A DNA stretch of 63,817 nt, counting the filler, from Stramenopiles sp. TOSAG23-3 (lineage: Eukaryota): NCBI GenBank assembly GCA_900128585.1. It is 10 parts of 10 records of this genome, joined end to end, with 100 filler letters (N's around TTAATTAATTAA, not from the genome) between each part and the next. Parts side by side here need not be neighbours in the genome. Positions count along the whole stretch, not along the records: positions 1 to 6,317 come from LT643341.1; positions 6,418 to 12,728 come from LT643342.1; 8 more parts are not named here. One strand, given 5' to 3'. The notes under the pieces are model-generated. The model was not told the DNA's origin. It saw only the letters and a program-made list of their open reading frames with translations, and made no database searches. Made by a program: the position numbers and the translations under genes. Positions 1 through 10,601 of this stretch are shown here, piece after piece. How positions within the stretch are numbered: position 1 is the stretch's first letter; each line of letters begins with the position of its first letter.

Positions 1-146
1 CGACTCTTTCTTTCTTTCTTTCTTTCTTTCTTTCGACTCTTTCTTTCGACTCTTTCTTTCGACTCTTTCTTTCTTTCTTCCCCTAACCCTAACCCTTCTT
101 CTTTCTTCTTCTTCTTCTTTCTTCTTCTTCTTCTTCTTCTTTCTTT
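1..146. repeat. CTTT/CTT microsatellite with embedded CCCTAACCCTAACCCT (81-96)
   Basis: Directly visible simple repeats at the contig start. Confidence 0.9.
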
Positions 147-666
147 ATTTTATTTTTTCTCTAAAGTGAGCTGTTGTATACCTGTTGTATATTATAATAC
201 CTATATTAAATTATTAAATTAAATTCCATTCTTCTGTAACGTCTAGTTAGTTATAATACCTATTATTTGGTAGTACATTAAATATAGTAAGAAGTAGTAG
301 TTTTTTTAATATAATAATAATAATAAAATAAGAAGTAGAATGAAGAATTAATTATATCTCCCTGTGTCCATGTATAAATAATAATAAAAATAGAAAAAAA
401 ATAATAATAATAAAAAAAAAATGTTCGTTGTTTGTTGTTGTTTGTTGTTAGTTGTGAGATCGAAGTAATAAAATAAACACCTTGTCTAATCTAATTATCA
501 TGTGTGTGTTTTTAAATTATACATACAGAGAGTAAAAGCGTTTGTTTTAAAAGAAATATTGGAAAGGAATCGGATGCAGGATTGTTCCTTTCTTTTCTTC
601 TACTTCTGATTAAAAAGTTTTAGTGTTGTTGTTCTTCAGTCTTCAGCCAGCCACCTTTGTACGACC

Positions 667-2598
667 ATGGACCCGAAACAGTTGGTTGAAAACGTGCGTG
701 CCTATTGGGAGGAGGAAAAGAAACAGCCTGGCCCGCGGCGGCAGTCAAAATCAGCGGGGGGGCGCCGTAGCGCGAAGCGCGGGGGATCGTCGAGGCCGGT
801 CACGGCGGACCATGCCCGAAGCTTTTACAAGGAGCGAGACGTAAAGGTAAAGGACTGGAAATATTGGCGAAAGAACGCGTACCGTGGGGGGGGCGCCATA
901 TGGACGGACCCAAGCGTACACTGTCCGCCGGAGCTGCAGCACTGGATCGGGCGGCGGCCCGATCTGGACGAGAAGCACGAGCAGTACGTGCAGAAGAAAA
1001 TGCAGGAGGAGCACAGGTTCGAGTCCATGCGGATGAAGCACACCACGGACGAGAAAATCAAGCAACAGATCCGTTTCCAAAAGCAACGGGAGCACAACCA
1101 CCTGGTCGAAACGGGCCAAGTCGGCCCCTCCCCGGCGCGAGGGGGGAGCCGGCGGAGCATGCACAGCCGCCCGGGCACCGCCCCGGTCCGCGGCAGGCAG
1201 GGCAGCATAGACGAGGAGGTCTCCATCGAGAGCAGCGGAACCGTAGAGCTGGACCCGCGGGTAACGATCGACGGGAACGCGATCAAGGACCAAAAGTACT
1301 ACCGTCGGAACGGGGCCATGTGGACCGACCTGATCCACACCGTGCCCGACCGATTGCACTTTGTGCTGAATGACAAAATAATCGACGCCGACAGGCGGGC
1401 GGCAGACCTGATCCGGCAAAAGTACGAGGAGGAGCGGGCGGAGGAGGAGATGAAGGAAATAGCAAAATTTGAGAAGGCCCGGGCGATCCGGGAACACTTT
1501 CAGCAGCGGCAAAAGTTCCATTCCAAAGTCCCGAAGCACACGAAGATCGGGAAAGTCAGCGCGCGCATCGAGGAGCTGGCGCGGCCCAAGACGGCGAAGG
1601 ATGCCTACGCAGAAGCGGGGCCCTACGACGGCATCGATTTCAAGGGCCTGCTGGTCGTGGACCGCACGGTCGGGGAGCTGGTCCGGAACCGCGCAAAGAA
1701 GAACCTGAAGCGGCAGATGACCGCGGCCATGTCCAAGTCCGGGGGGAACGGGTCGTCTATATTCTCCGTCCCGAACGGGGACGGCCAGAGGCAGACGCAG
1801 CAGCGCAAAGGGGCCAGGGGGTCCGCGGGCGGCGGTGCCGCGAAGGGGAGCTCGCGCCGGGCACGGACGTCCCCGGGAATGTCGAGGAAGCAGCGCCAGT
1901 CCACACCGCCGCGCGAGAAGAAGCCCGCCATACGCCACTCGCCGGACGGCATCATGCCCCAGCGCCCGAGCACGGGGAACGCGGTCGGCCAGCAGGGGAG
2001 TGGCAGCGTCGCCAGCATCCGGGCGACGGCGGGCGCCCGGCCGCTCACCGCCCCGGCGTGGGCCCCGGGCAGCCAGAGCCACATGCACTCCCAGTGGGGG
2101 GACGTCAGCATGGAAGGGGTCGTGCCGAGCATGGAAGACCGGTCGCTCGTCAGTGCGATGCTCCGCGAAGTCCAAGGAACCATGGAGGAGCTGGAGACGT
2201 TCGAGGACCGCCGCGTGATGGTGGAGCGGAGGAGGAAGATCGAGGGGCCCGAAAACTGGTTTCGAGAGGAAACCGACAAGGGCAAAGGGAGGCCTCAAAG
2301 CGGCCGCCCGACGAAGCGGGGCCCCGCCGCGAAGCCGGCCTCGGGCCGACCGTCGACGGCCCCCGTGGGCGCCCGGGAGGAGGATAAGAACAACAACAAA
2401 CGAACCAGCAACAACCCGAACTGGTTCGACGACTTGAAGAAGAAAGAGACCAACGCGAAAGCAGGCAATTACTGGTCGTTTCTTAACTCGAAAAATGGCA
2501 GCGGCAAGGAGGCGGCCACGGCGGGGCGGTACACGAGGAAAGGGTTTCAGCAGAGGAGACGGGGCGCGGCAAAGCTCGCGAAAGAAACCAAGGAGTGA
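667..2598 (+). CDS. Hypothetical basic low-complexity protein (643 aa) with internal duplicated module, RPx[ST][AG] motifs and a THEG-like RIEELARPK motif; possibly ciliary/microtubule-associated
   Basis: Long ATG ORF, GC-rich against AT-rich flanks; motifs seen in translation; function is inference. Confidence 0.75.
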   Translation: MDPKQLVENVRAYWEEEKKQPGPRRQSKSAGGRRSAKRGGSSRPVTADHARSFYKERDVKVKDWKYWRKNAYRGGGAIWTDPSVHCPPELQHWIGRRPDLDEKHEQYVQKKMQEEHRFESMRMKHTTDEKIKQQIRFQKQREHNHLVETGQVGPSPARGGSRRSMHSRPGTAPVRGRQGSIDEEVSIESSGTVELDPRVTIDGNAIKDQKYYRRNGAMWTDLIHTVPDRLHFVLNDKIIDADRRAADLIRQKYEEERAEEEMKEIAKFEKARAIREHFQQRQKFHSKVPKHTKIGKVSARIEELARPKTAKDAYAEAGPYDGIDFKGLLVVDRTVGELVRNRAKKNLKRQMTAAMSKSGGNGSSIFSVPNGDGQRQTQQRKGARGSAGGGAAKGSSRRARTSPGMSRKQRQSTPPREKKPAIRHSPDGIMPQRPSTGNAVGQQGSGSVASIRATAGARPLTAPAWAPGSQSHMHSQWGDVSMEGVVPSMEDRSLVSAMLREVQGTMEELETFEDRRVMVERRRKIEGPENWFREETDKGKGRPQSGRPTKRGPAAKPASGRPSTAPVGAREEDKNNNKRTSNNPNWFDDLKKKETNAKAGNYWSFLNSKNGSGKEAATAGRYTRKGFQQRRRGAAKLAKETKE

Positions 2599-2819
2599 GG
2601 CAGGAGCATGCGCTGTACGAACACTATTTGGTTATAACAAACGAGGAATTCAATATTAATTTTTAATTTATAAACGATTGCCAAGAGTTACTATTAGGTA
2701 CCCCAGGGGGTTTCCGGTTTCCAGAAATTTTAACCTCGCACCACCACAGTTTGTAACCCATGTCCGGTCATGGTATCTTTTCGATCTGGTGCCATTTGGA
2801 ATACCTCGTGGGTGGCCGT

Positions 2820-3677
2820 TCAGCGCCGCCCGCCGAGAATCCGCAAAATGTACAAGAAAAGGTTGATAATGTCCAAGTACAAGTTTAGCGCAGCAAAGAC
2901 GTGCTCGTCGACGCTAATGGAATACTTGTGCTTGCCGCCTAGCATTACCTGTGTATCGTGCACAATGAAGAAGCACATGAATCCGGCCCCGATGCTCGCG
3001 TACAACGTTCGGGTAATTGGTGTCAAGGGAAAGAGGGGCATGAACATCAAGAAGACGATCCAGATCATGAAGAAGGACAAGAACATCCCGTTGGACCATG
3101 TAAAGTCGTACTTTGTTTGAAATGCAAATGCCGTCAATGCACCGGTAATGATCGCCGTCATCAGCACGGCTTCCAAGAGCGTGTCGGTTCCAAGGGTTTC
3201 AGCGTACAACAGCGAAATCACGCCCACAAAGTACGCGTTGCTAATCGTAAAGAGCGCGAGGCAGATCATCCCGTGCGGGTGTTTCCTTCTAAAACTGCCA
3301 CAACACGACAGGACAATCACCAGGAACAGCATCGAACCGTACGCGGTCCACATGGCCCATTCGTTTGAAAGCACGAACTGCTTCACGGCAGTGCTCTTGA
3401 TGAACAAGAACGACACACCCGCAGTGAAGAGGAGTTGAACCATCAAAATAGAGTACACCTTTCGAACGAACCCCATGCGCAGGGATTTTTCGGCATCCAC
3501 AAGGTAGGTGGACGATTGGCCCCAACCGTACCCATCGTTCTCTTCCAACTGGGAGTACTTGTTAGCGCCAGTGTTCGTAGCATAGTTATGTTTATCGGCC
3601 TTCTCCATGGTCGAATAGTCTGGGCCGGAGGCTATGGGCATAGCCACGGGAATCGCCGCGTTGTTGTTCTTACTCAT
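2820..3677 (-). CDS. Bax inhibitor-1/TMBIM family (lifeguard-like) membrane protein
   Basis: RMGFVRKVYSIL, FAFQTKYDFT, VHDTQ, AALNLYLDIINLFLYILRI; about 7 hydrophobic segments; first ATG at 3677. Confidence 0.93.
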   Translation of the reverse strand: MSKNNNAAIPVAMPIASGPDYSTMEKADKHNYATNTGANKYSQLEENDGYGWGQSSTYLVDAEKSLRMGFVRKVYSILMVQLLFTAGVSFLFIKSTAVKQFVLSNEWAMWTAYGSMLFLVIVLSCCGSFRRKHPHGMICLALFTISNAYFVGVISLLYAETLGTDTLLEAVLMTAIITGALTAFAFQTKYDFTWSNGMFLSFFMIWIVFLMFMPLFPLTPITRTLYASIGAGFMCFFIVHDTQVMLGGKHKYSISVDEHVFAALNLYLDIINLFLYILRILGGRR

Positions 3678-4901
3678 TTGCAAACCCAGGCGTGGATTCG
3701 ATTTTTCGTATCGTATCGTTTGTTTTCTTGTCAATTTGTAAAAAAGTAAACAAAGAATCAGTTGTTCGTCTCTTAAACCAAACACGATATAAATCTTTTA
3801 TCTTATCCATTTCAAAGTTACAACTATACATATTTTTGTAAAATTTAGTAGTATATATAGTGTAATAATAATAATAATCTCAACAAGAAATCGTTTCGAA
3901 TCTCCCCTCGAACAAACAAACAGTTAGAGTCAGTTGGATGGAATAATCCAGATACAATTAAGGATATATATCTTATAATAATTATCTATGCTGTGTATAT
4001 ATAATAGAGGTATATTTTATCACTTTTGTTTAATTCTATTTCGTTATTCTTAAATATCATTTATAATAAATCATCTAAATACTTATATCTACAATGGCTT
4101 TATCTATTCCAAATGGTCTTACATAGTTATCTCTATAAACATATATCCTTAATTATACATGGCTTCTCTCTTCGTCTCTCTTTCTTCTTTCCTTCTCCGG
4201 TTCTCCGGTTCTCCGGACGCCCTCCTCTTCTCCCTCTTCCTGTGCGTGATATTGATCTAAAAGAAACCAACCTCGTCGATCGAATATTATAAATGGAAAA
4301 AAAGAATAAGCGATTATGTAGTTAAGTACATATAGAAAACTATGTTTGTATAATAATATCCATTTAAAACATATGTAAATAGTTTGATAGGATTTTATTA
4401 TTAATAATATTTACTCTATTCATTGTACAGAATTGAAAGGAATAATTTGGTATTCATGTACTTATAGTGTATTCTAATATTAAAACCATTCACCATCTGA
4501 AATTCCTTTGCGTACTAGTGTAGAAGGACATAAGCGAGTTGAAATCTCTGGGATTTTGTAGATTTACCTCTAGAGATACACACGAGTACAATAAATTTTA
4601 CCGGGTAATTGGTAAATTGCAGATGATTTTTTCTCACAGAATACTAAGTACTTCTCTTATTTACTTTATACCCACGCACGCCTGGCACAGATCGCACGAA
4701 TGCAACTGTGCACCTGGCGCACTTCTTCTTCGTACACACTCCGGTTCCAAACCCCAACTTGCACCATGAAAATGGGTTCGGGGTCTTGTCCTGGGAACGT
4801 ACAAGAAGGTAGGCGTTTGGGAAAACGGCGAGACTTTGGCGCACCCAGCTTCCTGCGAGTCGCCATTGGGAGTGAAACACCACCGAGAAACGCTACAGAA
4901 A

Positions 4902-5243
4902 TTAGTAGTCACCTCCTCCATCGTCATCACCGAAGAGACCGCCTCCACCACCCAAGTCAAGTTCTTCCTCTTCTTCTTCCTCCTCTTCTTCTTCTTCAGC
5001 TGCTGCTGCACCGCCGGCACCACCGCCGCCGCCGCCGCCGCCTCCTCCGAATGTGGAGAGCTTGTCTTTGCCGGCTTCGATCAATTCATCGATGTTCTTG
5101 TCGGCAAGGCCTTCGAAGAACTTCGCAAGGGCATCAGCGTCAGCTTCGATGTCTTGGGCTGCGAGAAGTTTGGTAACGTCATCAGCGGTTGGGGCTTCGT
5201 TGCCGGAAAGGCGAAGCATCATGTATGCGGCGATTTCTTTCAT
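4902..5243 (-). CDS. RPLP2: 60S acidic ribosomal protein P2
   Basis: MKEIAAYMMLRLSGN start, KNIDELIEAGKDKL, Gly/Ala hinge, acidic tail. Confidence 0.95.
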   Translation of the reverse strand: MKEIAAYMMLRLSGNEAPTADDVTKLLAAQDIEADADALAKFFEGLADKNIDELIEAGKDKLSTFGGGGGGGGGGAGGAAAAEEEEEEEEEEEELDLGGGGGLFGDDDGGGDY

Positions 5244-5379
5244 TTTTCTTTTTTTAACTCAGGGGACTAGACGTCAGTAAATGCGTATTAATCCAATTTT
5301 AACCTTAGGTAAGTTTATTCAATCGTTTACCTCTTTCACTACTTTCGTTACAATTCTTGAACAGTATGAGTCTCGTCAC

Positions 5380-6317
5380 ATACTCGCGTCTGACATCACA
5401 TTAATCCCAATTTTCTTTCTTTCTTTCTTTCTTTCTTCTCTCTTCTACCTTGGTACTATTTCTTTCTTCTCTCTTCTACCTTGGTACTACTACTACGACT
5501 ACTTCATCTTTTCTTCTTCTCCATTGTATTATCATATTGTTCAATAAAATAAGTATAATAACAATAGTAAAAATAACAATAACAACAATAGAAGATGAGA
5601 GGAACGACGCTGACCTTCTTTCTTTCTTTCTTTCTTTCTTTACTTCTTTACTTCTTTCTTTACTTCTTTCTTTTCTTTCTTTTCTTTTCTTTTCTTTCTT
5701 GGGTGGTTCAGAAAAGCCCATCTATACTGTGTTGATGTTATCTTCATTTTCCATTTAACACTCTCATAGCATACAGTCCACTTCTTAACCAGTCATTTCA
5801 TAATGTTACAATACCCTCCCTCCTCCTTCTATAAATATTTATAAAATATTATAAAAGAAGAAGAAGAAGAAGAAAGAGAAGAGGGAGAAGATCGCCTAGC
5901 TAAGCTCCCCTTATGTACAATACCATAATGCCAATACCATATACGCACGAACGAGTGAGGCCTCTCTTTTCGTATTTATACTTGTATTGAATATTAGTAT
6001 ATAAATATAGTACCTATCATATATAATTCCATTGTTTTTTTTCTTTTTAAAAATTCTTCTTCTTTTCTTTCTTTGTTTTCTTTTGTTTTCCTCGTGAAAT
6101 CGAAATCAAGAAGATGATTTCGAAATCCGGTGCTATTTCTATATATTTAGGAATTTAGTAGGAAGGAAAAAGAGCGTCGATATGATATTTATATGCTAAT
6201 TTACAACAATTCTATTTATATTGGTAATTGTGATAATTTAGTACCAAGGTAGAAGAGAGAAGAAAGAAAGAAAGAAAGAAAGAAAATTGGGATTAATGTG
6301 ATGTCAGACGCGAGTAT
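5380..6317. repeat. Perfect 79-bp inverted repeat (5380-5458 / 6239-6317), second arm ending at contig end
   Basis: Base-by-base reverse complement match. Confidence 0.9.
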
Positions 6318-6417
6318 NNNNNNNNNNNNNNNNNNNNNNNNNNNNNNNNNNNNNNNNNNNNTTAATTAATTAANNNNNNNNNNNNNNNNNNNNNNNNNNN
6401 NNNNNNNNNNNNNNNNN
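6318..6417. other. Artificial contig linker (44N-TTAATTAATTAA-44N); identical linkers at 12729-12828, 19138-19237, 25535-25634, 31931-32030, 38321-38420, 44701-44800, 51079-51178, 57452-57551
   Basis: Identical 100-nt spacers with six-frame stops; contig lengths fall steadily from 6317 to 6266. Confidence 0.98.
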
Positions 6418-6418
6418 G

Positions 6419-6619
6419 CTTGTGAAAGCGAAGCAGACAAATCCTCTAGAGCAGGCGTTGATTGCATTCCGAAATTTGTTCATTGCTAGCATGGGGTCGG
6501 GATTTGTGGGCACATTTTCATCGAACTGGTCGCGTATGGTGTACGAGTTGATGGTAGCAACCCACGGAGGCGAGTCCCATGTGGACTTTTTTAGCTTGGA
6601 CAAATCCTACTTTACATAA
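6419..6619 (+). CDS. C-terminal fragment of alpha-1,6-fucosyltransferase (FUT8/GT23)-like protein, 5' truncated by contig edge
   Basis: FVGTFSSNWSRMVYELM...FFSLDKSYF resembles the FUT8 motif LVCTFSSQVCRVAYEIM...SLDDIYY. Confidence 0.7.
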   Translation, partial: LVKAKQTNPLEQALIAFRNLFIASMGSGFVGTFSSNWSRMVYELMVATHGGESHVDFFSLDKSYFT

Positions 6620-6830
6620 CAGCCCGTGCGCGGTACTCCGGATTTCTAAGTTACAGAGAGAATTGTTTTACTAATTAAAAAACTAAATGATATATATAGT
6701 AATTGCTATGTAAAAAACAAATTATATAGAGTATGTTTTAAGTAATTGCTATGTATAATCTCTTTCTATAGAAAAGCTTTAATGCACCTTCTTCTTTTGG
6801 TTTAACGCACTCGTCAAAGTGTTTTTTTTT

Positions 6831-7833
6831 TTACTTGTGTGGATTGTAGCTCCTTTTCGAACGGTCTTGCAGGTTTTGAATACTCACCGTTACGTCCTGT
6901 TTGCATAGCGGGCAGAGGCAACTCTTTTTAAACCAAACCTTGATGCAGCCTTCGTGGTATATGTGCGAGCATCCGCATAGACCCATTATTCTATCTCCAC
7001 GTTTAAAAGAATCCATACATATTGGACACATGCAGTCTTCCTCCGGCTCCTCGCCGTTTGCGTTAGCTTCTTTTTCTTGCGTTATTGTCCAGACCGGCAG
7101 CTGTCGCAGCAGCTGGGTGCTAACACCTCTTTTCGCCCTAAGATGTTGTTCGTATTGCCTAGAAACCCCCAAAACATTACTTATATACGATCGAATGGCT
7201 GTCCTTTCACCTGGTACTCGGCGACGTATCGGGCGATCTGTTGAATTCAACACGGAACCGAGGTACGCCCGAAAGGTGTCCCGTCCATGGGCGGCAACTG
7301 AAGAACTTGCACTTTCCAAGGCCAACGCCCTATTTCGCAGAGCGTCTTGCTCGTCCAATAGGCGATTGAGCCCGCTCGAATCATTGGATTGCTGGGGTGG
7401 CATCTGGCTTGCCAACGCATTGCCGCTCGGATCATCGTTTATGACTTCGTAGACGTTCCGGTTCAAGCGTGATTGCGAGTTTCTAATTCTTCGCAAGCTT
7501 TTGGCATTTGCGTTCGCGTTGTTACCCATTTTTGTCAAGTCGCTATGGACGGCCATCGAGATCTGCTCTGCTCTACAGAGCATTTGCATAAGTCTATCTG
7601 GGGTACGATTAAGCCCCCCCAACCTCCTCTTCCAAACATTCTTCCCTCCTCACACGTCTCGCAACCCTTTTTGCCCACTGCTGGTCTGCGCTATGTTCTT
7701 GCATATGCGTAGCTGGCAACATGTCCATCATATTCTGTACCCGACTAGAAAGGTCGTCCAATGCGTTTGCAACGGAAGCCCCCGAAGCGACGGAAAAATC
7801 GCCTTCCTCTGCTCGTTTCATTCGCTTCCTCAA
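6831..7833 (-). CDS. RING-H2 E3 ubiquitin ligase; N-terminal ORF (7609-7833) is in a different frame (short intron or +1 indel near 7598-7655)
   Basis: CPICMDSF...LCGCSHIYHEGCIKVWFKKSCLCPLCK. Confidence 0.85.
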
Positions 7834-8636
7834 GTAAACTCTATTGAGGCGTGTTACGATTTACAGATCAAATTGGTGATTTAAGCAAACAAATTTTGTC
7901 GTCGTTCCTTCAGTATTATATTTCAAATCTACTACCGCCTAAAATAAGAGACAGCGTTTAATAGTTCGTTCATCTTAAACGTACCGGTACGGTACCGGGA
8001 ACAACAAAAGAAAACAAAATGGGGGGGGTGTGCAAAAAAAAGGCAGGAGGTGTCTGTCATCGCGTGTACGACGTACGACGATGAAGAACAAACAACAACA
8101 ACAACAACAACGGAAATCTATTATTACCAGGTGCCAGTATTAATACCGTACCTGTACGGTACCAGGTACCAATATATTCAGAGCACCGACTAAGTTTTTT
8201 GGGGGCATTTTTTGCTATACGGATTTATATAGGTAAATGTTACAAGTACAACTCGCATTTACAGCATTAAATTAATAAATAAGAATAAAAATAATATTTA
8301 TAATAATTATATTTAATAATATTATTTATTATTAAAGACTACTACAGTATTATACTTCTTGGTATAAATAATAATAATACTCTCTACACTATGTTACTAT
8401 ATATATATAAAAATAAAAAAAGACTTCTTCTTCATCATCAAAAAAAGTCATCATCACCAGCAGTATTGTTTAGAATATACAATTTGTGTTACTGTACGGC
8501 CGACATGTTAATATGCAATAGAAGATCCGAGACGGTTATATGAGGGCCAACGTAACAATATTTATTATCATTGCAATCATTAATATTTCGTCCAAATATG
8601 GTTTTGCAGAACAGATTTTCCAGATACGTGCTGTAA

Positions 8637-9392
8637 ATGTCAGGCAGCGGCAGCGAGAAACAGGCAGGGGTGACGGGGGAAAATGGGCCTACGGTAAACC
8701 CCGACGGTTCTTTAACTTTTATATATAAATCTGATTTCGACGAGAACGGCATTTTATATTACATTGGCACAGATGGTCTAACAACAGATTATACAAATCC
8801 AGCAGAAGGCAGTCGCGTTATCGTGGAACGTTCTTCCGACGGTGCTGGGGTGCCTTCGAGTTTCGTCGGAAGGGAAAGCAAATATACGTCGACTGATTAC
8901 AAGGACAAAGGCAACAAACCATTTTTCCAAGTTGACATGGGTTTACTCCGTCGCGTTTACCCTGTCAGATACACAGTACGCCATGGTAGCAAAATGGGCT
9001 GGCTCCGGATGGAAAATTGGACTTTCGAAGGGTCCATAGACGGTAAACGATGGTTTACATTACGAAAACACACAGACGACGAAAGTTTGCCCGCAAGCGT
9101 TGGGTATGGCACGTATTCGTTTGAAATTGAGGATATTTTGGTTCGTAAATGTAGGTTTTTGAAAATAACGCAGACAAAACCAAATTCTGGCCAAAAAAAC
9201 GAGTCAGGCAAAGGCCAGTTTGAGCACAGTACACTGTTTTTAAGCGGGTTCGAAGTGTACGGAAGATTGATAGAAGGTACTGGGGTAGACGACGAACCAT
9301 CTGGCTTACCCAAAAAGAAACAGGAAGATGCAATGGTGCATGAACGACTAGCAAAGCGAATCAAAGACTTGGAAGAGATGTGCGTCTCTTAA
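8637..9392 (+). CDS. Protein with HECTD1-like galactose-binding/F5-8-type beta-sandwich domain and short C-terminal coiled coil
   Basis: YKSDFDENGILYYIGT...YTNP, YTVRHG, NWTFEGSIDGKRWFTLRKHTDD, LSGFEVYG. Confidence 0.75.
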   Translation: MSGSGSEKQAGVTGENGPTVNPDGSLTFIYKSDFDENGILYYIGTDGLTTDYTNPAEGSRVIVERSSDGAGVPSSFVGRESKYTSTDYKDKGNKPFFQVDMGLLRRVYPVRYTVRHGSKMGWLRMENWTFEGSIDGKRWFTLRKHTDDESLPASVGYGTYSFEIEDILVRKCRFLKITQTKPNSGQKNESGKGQFEHSTLFLSGFEVYGRLIEGTGVDDEPSGLPKKKQEDAMVHERLAKRIKDLEEMCVS

Positions 9393-9567
9393 AACCCCAA
9401 GACAACCAGCAGAACTTTGTTGAAGAATGAAGAAGAAAAAAATGAGTAAATGCGTTTTTAATAAACAAGAGTATAAACATGGACATGAGATCGGTTGGGT
9501 TGAAATAGACAATTGTTGAAGAAAATATTTTTTTTTAGAACTGACTTCTCGCGCCTTACTTAGATTT

Positions 9568-9680
9568 AGAGCACATGCGTCTCTGTTTAAAACCAAAAAA
9601 TATCATATCATTAAATAACAGCCAATTTTCTTGTTTTTATGCCTAAGAGCACATGTGTCTCTGTTTAGAACCAAAAATAT
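9568..9680. repeat. Direct repeat AGAGCACATG(C/T)GTCTCTGTTTA(A/G)AACCAAAAA (9568-9603, 9646-9680) flanking a reverse CAAGAAAATTGGCTGTTA motif
   Basis: Visible in sequence. Confidence 0.85.
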
Positions 9681-9791
9681 GCCCCTGTTATTTTTAGATT
9701 GCGTCTGTCTGTTTAATTTTGAAAATATAAGCTTTTTAAAACATTTTTTAGCTCCCTTTGCATATTAAAAATGGTGCATAGGTCACATTCT

Positions 9792-10601
9792 CTACTTGTC
9801 CTTCCTCGTTTCGGAAGATGGTGATGGTTTCCCCTCCTTGTCGATAGGCCAATATTCTTCAAACCCCCATTCAACCGCGTGCTCGATTGGTTCGTCAATT
9901 GTAAATGGCAAAAGTGGAATTATCGCAAGCCCTAATACAGTTGGTGCGTACCGTTTTACCATCACATTTGATGCATTTTTTACTGCACCCTGGCATTTGT
10001 GAACAGCAGTATGAATGATCAATGACGGCACAATCAATGATGCAAGCGATTGGAACACCAGTGTCTCAATGCCAGCCCTGGCGGTTATCGTCGTATCACC
10101 GTTGCTTTTTTCACTCGCTTCCTTCGCGTGTAAATACACGTCCACCCCAACGTATGCAAACGCGACTCCGTACATAGACTTTACAAACATTGGGGAAACT
10201 AGCGGCCGCGCCGCTTCGCCTACATCGCTAGAATAAGCTATATAACGCGACGCCGCCTTTGCGGACTTTCCCGCGATTGCAAGGACCCTGGCGGCCCGCG
10301 CTGCATACCCGCTGTATCTCACCGGCCCTTCATCCCACTCCCCTTCCAGCTTCTCGGTGGCCCCGTCCGTTTTCGCCGACTCTTTCCCCTCCGGATCGCT
10401 GGGGGACAAAGCCAAAACGTTTGCCTCCCCAGGTCGCGAATCGAGAATACCAGCGTGAGATCCCAAAATTGATGAATAGGGAACGATCACCCGGTACGTG
10501 CATAGGGCCGCCGTCTGTGGAAAAAGGGGAACAAGCCCCTGGAGTCCCCGAGACGAGGACTCGGTATGCGACTTGTACGCTTGAAACCTAGAGCGAAACA
10601 T
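9792..10601 (-). CDS. MTFP1: Mitochondrial fission process protein 1 (MTP18 family)
   Basis: RYIAYSSDVGEAARPLV, YGVAFAYVGVD, ETLVFQSLASLIVPSLIIH, PTVLGLAIIPLLPFTIDEPIEHAVE; start codon uncertain. Confidence 0.85.
   Translation of the reverse strand: MFRSRFQAYKSHTESSSRGLQGLVPLFPQTAALCTYRVIVPYSSILGSHAGILDSRPGEANVLALSPSDPEGKESAKTDGATEKLEGEWDEGPVRYSGYAARAARVLAIAGKSAKAASRYIAYSSDVGEAARPLVSPMFVKSMYGVAFAYVGVDVYLHAKEASEKSNGDTTITARAGIETLVFQSLASLIVPSLIIHTAVHKCQGAVKNASNVMVKRYAPTVLGLAIIPLLPFTIDEPIEHAVEWGFEEYWPIDKEGKPSPSSETRKDK

Noticed and set aside
81..96. CCCTAA repeats as a telomere
   Set aside because: Under three units, embedded in a microsatellite, not terminal
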